Positions 53,271-61,602 of a stretch of DNA of 64,000 nucleotides are shown here, in pieces; the stretch's first letter is position 1, and each line of letters starts with the position of its first letter. Where the stretch lies: NCBI GenBank assembly GCA_002811645.1, contig PDIP01000051.1:175014-239013 (forward strand), in the 5' to 3' direction. Source of the stretch: Corallochytrium limacisporum Hawaii. Lineage: Eukaryota > Protista > Pluriformea. Both the position numbers and the translations under genes were made by a program. A model generated the notes under the pieces. The model saw only the letters and a list, made by a program, of their open reading frames with translations, ran no database searches and was not told the DNA's origin.

Positions 53271-54164
53271 TCACTTCGGCTTTCCTTGAACTTCGTAAAA
53301 CAGGGGGGAAGCGGTCAGTAGGTTCAAGGAATACTCAACTAGCACCTTCACCTCTGCGCTTAGTTTCTCGTTCTCGTCACTGAGCTGTCCGAGCTGCGTA
53401 GACTTCTCAAAGATCTGATCCTGAAGTTTCAGGACTTTGGCAATGAGTTTGGCCTTGTCTTGTCCTTCGTCCAGTTCTGCAGGAGACACGTCACCCGATC
53501 TGATCTGACGCAGTTGCTTAATACGTTCGTGGGCTTTGTTCCGGGCGGCGAGGCTGCGGTGCGGCGAACTAGGTTCACTGCCAGTGCTGTGCACTGAATG
53601 AGAAGAATGTTCTAGTGCTCCTAGATCGATAGGTGCAACCGATCCTGGGACACCGACTTGCGAATCGTCGACTAAGCCCAGTGCTCGTTCCGCAATAAAT
53701 CGCAGCGGACTAAATTCACCGTCTGCGTTAGTGTTTACGTCCCAGTCTCCCTCTGAGCTTACCCTTGGTCGGCCCCTCACAGAGGTGTCGTTGACAGCGA
53801 CCTGTGGCTTAGTGCTTTGCCTTGGCGAGGTGTAGGTCGATCCCGGGGCACTACGCACGCCCGGTTGGACCTGTAGTTGTGTAACTCGTCGCGGGGACTC
53901 CGAATACAGCCGTTGATCCTTTTGCAGACGTCCAAGGTCAGTCGAGTCCCTGGGTTTGCTACGAGGGCTTGCTTCGTCGTCGTCGCTTTGTGATCCGTCT
54001 ACTTCGTCGTCACGCAGCTCAAGGTCCTGGACTAAACCTCCAACGTCGACTTCCTGGTCTACGGACAGTTGTTGTTTCCTCCGGAGATCCTCCTGCTGCT
54101 TAGGAATGGTTATTGCGGCGGAAGCACCCACCGTGTTCGACTTATCGTTCTCATCGATTCCCAT
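53271..54164 (-). CDS. SCOC: SCOC/Slo1-like short coiled-coil protein with long disordered N-terminus; candidate upstream cistron
   Basis: C-terminal DKAKLIAKVLKLQ...ENEKLSAEVKVLVEYSLNLLTASPLF resembles the SCOC coiled coil (recognised from memory). Confidence 0.75.
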   Translation of the reverse strand: MGIDENDKSNTVGASAAITIPKQQEDLRRKQQLSVDQEVDVGGLVQDLELRDDEVDGSQSDDDEASPRSKPRDSTDLGRLQKDQRLYSESPRRVTQLQVQPGVRSAPGSTYTSPRQSTKPQVAVNDTSVRGRPRVSSEGDWDVNTNADGEFSPLRFIAERALGLVDDSQVGVPGSVAPIDLGALEHSSHSVHSTGSEPSSPHRSLAARNKAHERIKQLRQIRSGDVSPAELDEGQDKAKLIAKVLKLQDQIFEKSTQLGQLSDENEKLSAEVKVLVEYSLNLLTASPLFYEVQGKPK

Positions 54165-54520
54165 ATCACTTACGAAAGTTTTGTTTTATGTCATTGCGTG
54201 TTTCCTACTAGAAAGATTCCATTGATCACTTGAGTTATTCTTGTTTAGATAATCCATTTCTATCGCTAGCATGCTGTTGAGTTTCGGGTTGATCACTGTT
54301 ATACCAGATTAGGGTCAACATCCAAGAAGGAGACAGACAAGAAGTGGAAGAATGCACTCAAAAACGTCACTCAAAAGCTTAAGAACAAGACCCGTCAACG
54401 TTGTGACCAACAGGCTCGACCTTCAACCGACCGTTATCGATCCGGCTACTTTGGCTCGGGAATTCCTCTTTTTTGTTTGCTGCCGTCTGCGCCCCGTGGA
54501 TCCTCTACCGTACCGGGGAA

Positions 54521-54550
54521 CCGGCCCGGGGCCCCCCCGGGGGGGGGGGG
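54521..54550. promoter_or_regulatory. C7G12 palindrome at the midpoint of the divergent SCOC-like/AIDA interval, candidate bidirectional promoter core
   Basis: ccggcccggggcccccccgggggggggggg; centre about 374 and 367 bp from the two ATGs. Confidence 0.45.
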
Positions 54551-54905
54551 AGCGGGGAAGGGCAGGGTCCGGGGAACTGGGAGAAAGCGGGGAACCGTAG
54601 GGACGGCGGCGCCTGTGTCAGTGGACGCGGAGTCTCACTGCGCGTTTGGAGTCCCGCTTGGCTTCCTGTTAAATGGTACATGTGATTTACATGGTTGGAA
54701 TGCATGAATTCCTGGTCCGAAGTTAAGCGGAAAAAGTGCTCTGGTACGTGAACAAAGCATTTTGGAGAGGCTGTAGGCTGAGTCAGTGGTTGTCAGGGAA
54801 CTCAAAGGCAGAGGAAAAGCCACGGTTCGCATTGCCAAAAGTTACATTTCAGGATGCGTTTGGAATAGATGAGACTGTAAAGGGAAAATCAAAACACTTT
54901 TAAAA

Positions 54906-56624
54906 ATGACTGAGGCGGCGTCGGCCCCTGTCCCAACTGATTCTGATCTGGGACAGCGTCACAGCAGTGATGGGATGCTTTCGGTTGCAGCAGAAGTAAA
55001 GGAATTGGAGGCATCAGAAGAGCAACACCCACACGCCGACTTCAGACGTCGGCGCATAGAAGACATATCTGGAACGCTGCAGAGGGCCATTGATGCTGAT
55101 CTATGGGGCCAGTTTCTCGAAGCCGAATTCGAGTACGACAAAGTCATGGGGCTTCTGAAACGAGAGATTGACACAGGTAAGCATTGGCAGAAGAACGACA
55201 CCAAGGTAACGGCACGGCAGAAAACTGAGTCAGCTTGCCAATGGGACGTTCAGGAAGTGGGCTTTCTGGAGCGGTGCCTACGCTATATTGAGGCGCGCCA
55301 GGTCACAATCATTGCAATCGAGGAACGCTGCAGCTCGGGATCAGAACTCGACTCTGGCTTCATCGACCTCGAAGACGAGGAGGACGAGGACGAGGACACA
55401 AACGCTGGAGGAAGGCCATCGAAGGATAGTGTTGGATCGTCACAGGATCGAGAGAAGCCATGCCGAACATACACGGATCAGGCACTGCAATTCACTGCAG
55501 CGGACGCAATGAAGGTCAAGCGGTCATTGATTGAACTCGGAAATCGACCGATTAGTTGGCCCATACCACCGCTCAAGCTCTCCAGTAGGTCCCTGGCAGC
55601 AGTAAGTTCTGTTGCGAAACTCGGAGGATACCACGCTGTGGTTTTGCAGAGCGGAAGTGGCGGCCTGAAGGGTAGCAAGGATAGTCTTCTCAACAATTCG
55701 CTGTCAAGCCTGGACATGGTCAAGGACGGCCCAACCGTCCAGTTGCTTGACAGTTCCGCTCTGACGCCTTTTGAGAACATGCTACTAAGTCACAGCCAGA
55801 GCCATGGCACTGATTCAAACGTCGGTTTCCGCTCTGAGAGCTGGCGCAGCCGCGGAGTTGGTACTTGTGATGTGGAAAGTGTCAGCATTGTCCCACGCAA
55901 GCACAGTGTTCTTAATCTGGAGCAACTGCAGGCAGCACAGAGGGGTGTGACGCAGCGGAAAGCGTCCGTCCTCAGTACATCGCCAATGCGCAGACGCTCC
56001 AGCCAGCTAAGCGCGCTCGGAGTTGGGCTGAGACCGTCGAATGTTTCAGCTACAGGTCCGGACGCCATGGGCATTCTCGGTGAGGAATATTGCAATGATT
56101 CCAGCGGCGACGAAGCCGCCGAAATGTACGCTCGGAGCATCCGTGGTGCGGGACAGGCCGTCATTGGTAACCTCATGCCACGTCTGGTGGGACAGCAGGC
56201 CGGCGATACGTTGATCACAGTCCATGTCGAGAAGCTCATTCTACCGGACATTGACAAATACCTAGACCCGTTCATCACTGTCTCGGTTAAGGACAGCGAC
56301 GGCTTTGATGTGACAAAGCTCCAGGACACACCAGTCAGCAACCGGCGCGAGAAGGGCACGCTATGGTACCGAAACGACGTTGAAATACAGAAGACGCTTC
56401 GGCAGCTAAAGCCTGGCATGGCGCTCTTCTTCGAATTCAAGCACTTCAAACTCAAAAAGGACCGCAATTCGACCTATTGCTTTACTTGCATTCCATTTGA
56501 GCAGTTCAACCCAGGCGTGGTGCAGCTGACACTGTACCGCAAACCTGTCGACTATCGGCGCAAGAAACTGAAAGCTTTAGACAGAGGAAGTTTATGTGTA
56601 CAGATGATCATGCATGACACGTAA
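54906..56624 (+). CDS. AIDA: AIDA (Axin interactor, dorsalization-associated) homolog
   Basis: N-domain DADLWGQFLEAEFEY; AIDA-type C2 domain GNLMPRL...DPFITVSVKD...QDTPV...FFEFKHFKLKK...LYRKPVDYRRKKL. Confidence 0.9.
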   Translation: MTEAASAPVPTDSDLGQRHSSDGMLSVAAEVKELEASEEQHPHADFRRRRIEDISGTLQRAIDADLWGQFLEAEFEYDKVMGLLKREIDTGKHWQKNDTKVTARQKTESACQWDVQEVGFLERCLRYIEARQVTIIAIEERCSSGSELDSGFIDLEDEEDEDEDTNAGGRPSKDSVGSSQDREKPCRTYTDQALQFTAADAMKVKRSLIELGNRPISWPIPPLKLSSRSLAAVSSVAKLGGYHAVVLQSGSGGLKGSKDSLLNNSLSSLDMVKDGPTVQLLDSSALTPFENMLLSHSQSHGTDSNVGFRSESWRSRGVGTCDVESVSIVPRKHSVLNLEQLQAAQRGVTQRKASVLSTSPMRRRSSQLSALGVGLRPSNVSATGPDAMGILGEEYCNDSSGDEAAEMYARSIRGAGQAVIGNLMPRLVGQQAGDTLITVHVEKLILPDIDKYLDPFITVSVKDSDGFDVTKLQDTPVSNRREKGTLWYRNDVEIQKTLRQLKPGMALFFEFKHFKLKKDRNSTYCFTCIPFEQFNPGVVQLTLYRKPVDYRRKKLKALDRGSLCVQMIMHDT

Positions 56625-56752
56625 CTGACGGTGTAGTAAGGAAAATGTAAGTAAATGGTTCTATAATATGTACATCACATTATCAGCTTATGTGCTCTGC
56701 GAATTACCAGTTTGTGTCTATGAGATCCTTTCAATAGTTGACGCTCCGTAGC

Positions 56753-57838
56753 TTAACCGTTCTCGTCGTCCTTGCGCCGCTGGTCCCAAATCTTCGCCAT
56801 GGCGTAGAAGACACCAGACACAAGGCCGAAAGCGATTGAGATGCCGGAACTGAAGTTGATAGGGTCTCCGAAGACTATGATGCCCACGAGGCTTAATGGA
56901 ATCTTATTGAGGGAACCAATGATGGAGAATGTAGTCGGACTGGTGGCTCCGACCAACCAGAAAACGCTGAAACTTAGTCCTGTTCCCACCACCCCAGTGA
57001 AGATCAGCGGAACCAAGAATCCGTAATCAAAGAGATAGTCCAGCTCCAAAACATCGTTGATTTCCCCGCTCAACACAACCCAGACCCCTAGAAAGACAGA
57101 GGTCAGAACATTGTTGTAATAGGCCATACTCCACTCTTCAAGGTGCGTCGTCCTTTTGGCCGTCTTCAGATAGAGCGAGTACGCTGCCGTTGCAAAACAA
57201 TTCGCAGTCATCCAGAAGTATCCCATGAAGCTGAACTGCAGATCTGTGTAGCCTGCCAGGATGGATCCCATTACCATTGTGCAGATCGAGGCCAAGACCA
57301 GGCTGCTCATTTCCTGCCCGTAGAAGTGGCGATCTCCGAAGGCCACCAGAAAGTTTGTAGAATTCTTGAACACTGTCACCACCGCAATCGACACATAGCC
57401 AAGACTGAGTGATCCGGTTACCAACATGGCACAGAATAGCACAGTGACTCTGGACCACTTAATCATCTTTTCTATTTTCAACCCTTCTACCTTGATCGTG
57501 CCTGAATATCCCAAGTACCACAACATGACCGACGCAATTAGCGCCTGAACCAAAATGAACGATGACGCGGGAAATTGGAATGAGCTAAGAACGTACTTGT
57601 TACTGTAGATCATTGACATACTGAACCCACAGTAGCTCAGCACCGCTCCGATTCGGTTGGCGCTGATCTCGGCGGCCATGATCTGCATGGACTTTTCCTT
57701 TTTGACTATATGATCGAGTCCTGGTAAGGAGCCGCGACTACTGTTCGCGGACCTGCTGGGTATTGTTTTTGAGGGCCGTGATATTCCCGGATCTTCCACC
57801 GGTATCTGTGTGTACCGGGGCGCATTCGGCTGTGACAT
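56753..57838 (-). CDS. Golgi GDP-mannose transporter (Vrg4/GONST1-like, SLC35D family)
   Basis: YCGFSMSMIYSNKYVLS, TVFKN, YYNNVL, TSPTTFSIIGSLNKIP (GXLNK GDP-sugar motif). Confidence 0.9.
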   Translation of the reverse strand: MSQPNAPRYTQIPVEDPGISRPSKTIPSRSANSSRGSLPGLDHIVKKEKSMQIMAAEISANRIGAVLSYCGFSMSMIYSNKYVLSSFQFPASSFILVQALIASVMLWYLGYSGTIKVEGLKIEKMIKWSRVTVLFCAMLVTGSLSLGYVSIAVVTVFKNSTNFLVAFGDRHFYGQEMSSLVLASICTMVMGSILAGYTDLQFSFMGYFWMTANCFATAAYSLYLKTAKRTTHLEEWSMAYYNNVLTSVFLGVWVVLSGEINDVLELDYLFDYGFLVPLIFTGVVGTGLSFSVFWLVGATSPTTFSIIGSLNKIPLSLVGIIVFGDPINFSSGISIAFGLVSGVFYAMAKIWDQRRKDDENG

Positions 57839-59159
57839 TATGTATAGTGAATGTATTTCTGCGTATCCGTACTGTACATAGATGCTACTTGTTCACCCTG
57901 TGCCATTCTGAGATCTTGTTGACTGTTGGACTATTTCGGATCGATAAATCCTATGCCATTCGTTTGGATACCATCCATACGCATTTATGTAGCCTCCTCC
58001 GTCGAAGTTGTTAACGCCATCCACTTATGACTCAACAGTGGCTCCAGCAACCCGCCTGCCTTGCCATGCTAATATCCCGACCGGTCAGGGAGTTCTCAAG
58101 AACAAGGGCATAATGCCCCCCCCCCCCCCACCAGTCCATACCCCCAACCTGGCCACCACCCTACCGCAGAGTTTTCTCATTGTACATCTCATACGGCAGA
58201 GATCTTTCTGTAACCTTTTGGTAGGGCATTAATGTCACTTCCCCTTCCCCCCACCCCCTCCCNNNNNNNNNNNNNNNNNNNNNNNNNNNNNNNNNNNNNN
58301 NNNNNNNNNNNNNNNNNNNNNNNNNNNNNNNNNNNNNNNNNNNNNNNNNNNNNNNNNNNNNNNNNNNNNNNNNNNNNNNNNNNNNNNNNNNNNNNNNNNN
58401 NNNNNNNNNNNNNNNNNNNNNNNNNNNNNNNNNNNNNNNNNNNNNNNNNNNNNNNNTCCCCCCACCCCCCCCCCCCCCCAAACCTGGCATTTTGCGGCCG
58501 TGCCAAAGGCGCTCCCTTGCCCCTCACAGGCAGCACTCTGCCCCTTCTCACACTAGGGGTCGGAGCGGGAAGAGAAAAACACACACATCTGCCCTCTGAC
58601 CCCTCGAGGAGGTCAGAAAACACACACATATTTTTTCCTTAAAGGTGGAGGTGCTTGGGCAAATATTTTTATTTTGGGGGAAGGGATATCGCGACATTTG
58701 AATATATTTAGTATGGACTATGTATCTGTAGGAAACTAATACTTAAAGTGTTGAAGGGCACGACGGCAATAGTTTCAGTACCAAGGCCATGCGCCGCAGA
58801 GCGGAGCTCTCTTGGTCTACACTTCTCCATGGGGCATTTTGCGTGGGCCACGGACTACTGGAGCCTACGCGGAAGGTTGTGTCTTCGTATACCATACTAT
58901 GGGGCCTGCTCTTTGCGGCACCTCTCTGCAACGGTAACAGTGTACATGAGTTGTAAATGTCATGCAAATGTACCGAAAACACGGCAGGGCAATGCCATAT
59001 TCAAGAGAACCAAAGACCACTGTGTTATTGGTGACAATATCTTGATTATAGTTTATGGAAGTGGTATAAGAGAGCCAAAACCTATTTTGTTACTTACAGT
59101 GTGTGACAACTTTAAGGATTAAACGGTTAATCTTTCGGGTTATTTTTTGATAAATCAAG

Positions 59160-59738
59160 ATGGTTCAACCCAACACCTCAAAGACTGCGACTACTCCGCG
59201 TCGTCCTTTCGAAAAGGAGCGCCTGGATTATGAATTGAAGATTGTCGGTGAATACGGTCTCCGCAACAAGCGTGAGCTGTGGCGCGTTCAGTTCGCTCTG
59301 GCCAAGATCCGCAAGGCCGCTCGTGATCTGCTCACTCTGGAGGAGAAGGATCCCAAGCGTCTGTTCGAGGGTAATGCTCTGCTCCGTCGTCTGGTCCGCA
59401 TCGGTGTACTGGAAGAGGATAAGATGAAGCTGGATTACGTCCTGGGATTGAAGGTCGAGGATTTCTTGGAACGCCGTCTGCAGACTCAGGTGTTCAAGCT
59501 GGGTCTTGCTCGCAGCATGCACCACAGCCGTGTGCTGATCAAGCAGCGTCACATCCGTGTAGGCAAGCAGCTTGTCAACGTGCCCTCCTTTATGGTCCGT
59601 TTGGACTCTCAGAAGCACATTGACTTCGGTCTGAACTCTCCCCTTGGTGGTGGTCGCCCAGGCCGCGTTAAGCGCCGCAACATGGCCCGCGCTGCTGCTA
59701 AGGAGGGTGGTGCTGATGATGGTGAGGATGAGGACTAA
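59160..59738 (+). CDS. RPS9: 40S ribosomal protein S9 (uS4)
   Basis: [56 protein letters not shown]. Confidence 0.99.
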   Translation: MVQPNTSKTATTPRRPFEKERLDYELKIVGEYGLRNKRELWRVQFALAKIRKAARDLLTLEEKDPKRLFEGNALLRRLVRIGVLEEDKMKLDYVLGLKVEDFLERRLQTQVFKLGLARSMHHSRVLIKQRHIRVGKQLVNVPSFMVRLDSQKHIDFGLNSPLGGGRPGRVKRRNMARAAAKEGGADDGEDED

Positions 59739-60316
59739 AATTTTAGGTTCGGTCTCCACTTATCATGTTTCAAAAAGCATATCTTCAAACTACTTGTAGA
59801 CATACTCATCACATCCATCACAGGGTTGACAGAGACAGTGATGGTCCACTAATGGGGAAGGAATGAACAAGATTCTGTGAAGATTGGTTTGAATGCACCA
59901 CAATTCAGAAGCCCGTGTAATCTAGCCACATGGGCCTTTGGAATCATGGTCTTACCTCCTTCTGCATGCCATCGTTTCTGAACTATCATCCTGTTAACAT
60001 CCCAACACACATACCCTTAACAAGGACGGCAACATGTCGAAGCCGTGTTGTCTCTCCTCGTCTTCCACATCTTTTCTTTTTAAAATTTCAACATAGCTTC
60101 TGCCATGATCATTAACGGTGATGATGGTCAGAACAACAAACTTCACAAGCAAAAGCATAGCATGTTTGACATAGGAAATACACCTTCTATCAAAAGTACT
60201 CGTAAGACTCAGCGACTTTGCCCCGGATTATAATGTGCATGCTCAGACGACTGTAAACATAGTACCTGACAATGAACATGGCCCACAGACATGTGAAATG
60301 GGAAAATGTAAATGTG

Positions 60317-60383
60317 ATGTGATGACTATGAAATGTTCAGAAAATGTGAATGTGTATATGTGATGACTATGAAATGTTCAGAA
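60317..60383. repeat. 26-bp direct repeat, 41-bp period, in the 3' region of the M14 gene
   Basis: atgtgatgactatgaaatgttcagaa at 60317-60342 and 60358-60383. Confidence 0.85.
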
Positions 60384-60450
60384 GATGTGGTCTTGTGTTG
60401 GTAGAGATGTTGTGCTCATGTTTTGTGTAGCTATGCACCTGAGAGAACCG

Positions 60451-61602
60451 TTAGTACCGATCCTTCTTGCTCAGCAGGGGAAGCGGACTAGATGGCGTCG
60501 TGCTGCGAGCCCTGCTGCGTCCTCGCATAAAGGCCTGTCCATTCTGGCTGAAGACAACTAGTGCGACGAACAGTACGGCAAAGATGAACAGTACCAAAGG
60601 CTGGTAATGACGGGCGCAGTTGCGAACAAACGCTTCGTGCATCATGCTGCTATAGACGGCATCAAGGGCCGGATAAGCCGCAGAGACAACGTTCGATAGC
60701 AGCTGATCCGTGGGATTGTAGGCGGAAAAGCAGTGCTCATTCCCACGATGTTCCAAATTCATCCAGGTACCCAGGAAGATGTAGCGGCTATTGGGGCTAT
60801 TGCGTTTGAGAGCTGCAACGATGGGGTCAATAGCATCGTCCAGCTGCTTCTGACCAGCAGGTTCTAATCCCGTGGGTCCACCCTTGATGTAATAGTCCGT
60901 CAGTGCTCCAACGCGATCCACTACGTGCTTAGTTACAGGGTCCCCGGAATGGCGGCCAATGCCCTCATAGCCCGATTGCAAGAAGACGACAAAGTCAGGT
61001 TGTAGATCTCTCAGTATCGTCTCAATTGGAGACACGTCGGCACGACCAGCCGGGTCCCACATAGCAGCCTTGTTCTGGCACATGTCTCCATGAGCGACCT
61101 CGACGTCGTGGCGAATGTCCGGGTCGACAACTGGAATGAAATAAAGCTGCAAAGTACTCAGAATGCTATGTCCGTATCGCTGAGCTTCCTGGCCCCTATG
61201 CTTTATCGTCTCCAGAGGACGGGTCAGTGCAGTGAACACAAGCTCACTAGTCATGAATTCGTGCCCGTGAAGACCGCCAAAGATGACAACTTTTGGTTTC
61301 GCGCGAGGCATGGCAAGGTCCATAAGGGTACCCGCCATACTGCGCTTTTCACTGATTGGAGAGTTAAGGCGCTCAAATGGGTCACTCAGCTCAACCACGG
61401 GCACAGGCCGTCCAGCCCTACTCTTGTAGGCCCCAGCAACGCGAACTAGATCTGGCGAATCCCTGAGGATTTTGTCCATTTCCTCCCCCAGCTCTGCAAG
61501 TCGGTGGTACCGAGAATATGTAGGAGCATATTGGGTCTCACCATTGGCCACGGAGGCCATGGCCACTAAAAGTGTGGCGATTAACATGAATATAACCTTC
61601 AT
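60451..61602 (-). CDS. M14 zinc carboxypeptidase-like type I membrane protein, probably inactive
   Basis: Signal peptide; KSRAGRP, IFGGLHGHEF, YFIPVVDPD; C-terminal TM; later catalytic motifs degenerate. Confidence 0.8.
   Translation of the reverse strand: MKVIFMLIATLLVAMASVANGETQYAPTYSRYHRLAELGEEMDKILRDSPDLVRVAGAYKSRAGRPVPVVELSDPFERLNSPISEKRSMAGTLMDLAMPRAKPKVVIFGGLHGHEFMTSELVFTALTRPLETIKHRGQEAQRYGHSILSTLQLYFIPVVDPDIRHDVEVAHGDMCQNKAAMWDPAGRADVSPIETILRDLQPDFVVFLQSGYEGIGRHSGDPVTKHVVDRVGALTDYYIKGGPTGLEPAGQKQLDDAIDPIVAALKRNSPNSRYIFLGTWMNLEHRGNEHCFSAYNPTDQLLSNVVSAAYPALDAVYSSMMHEAFVRNCARHYQPLVLFIFAVLFVALVVFSQNGQAFMRGRSRARSTTPSSPLPLLSKKDRY

Noticed and set aside
53264-53273. Stop-codon readthrough or sequencing error fusing SCOC-like and PIG-F ORFs
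   Set aside because: The 7-nt spacer is out of frame and readthrough hits another TGA about 30 codons later; the SCOC domain ends at its normal C-terminus; a fusion would not explain the AUG depletion.
59178-59759. 193-aa ORF antisense to RPS9, and similar ones opposite CCT2, LSG1, AIDA and MEK
   Set aside because: Typical antisense shadows of highly biased genes.
60310-60390. TGATGA C-box-like motifs suggesting a C/D snoRNA near RPS9
   Set aside because: Explained by a local 41-bp duplication in the CAT-rich 3' tract of the minus-strand gene; no convincing D box with terminal stem.
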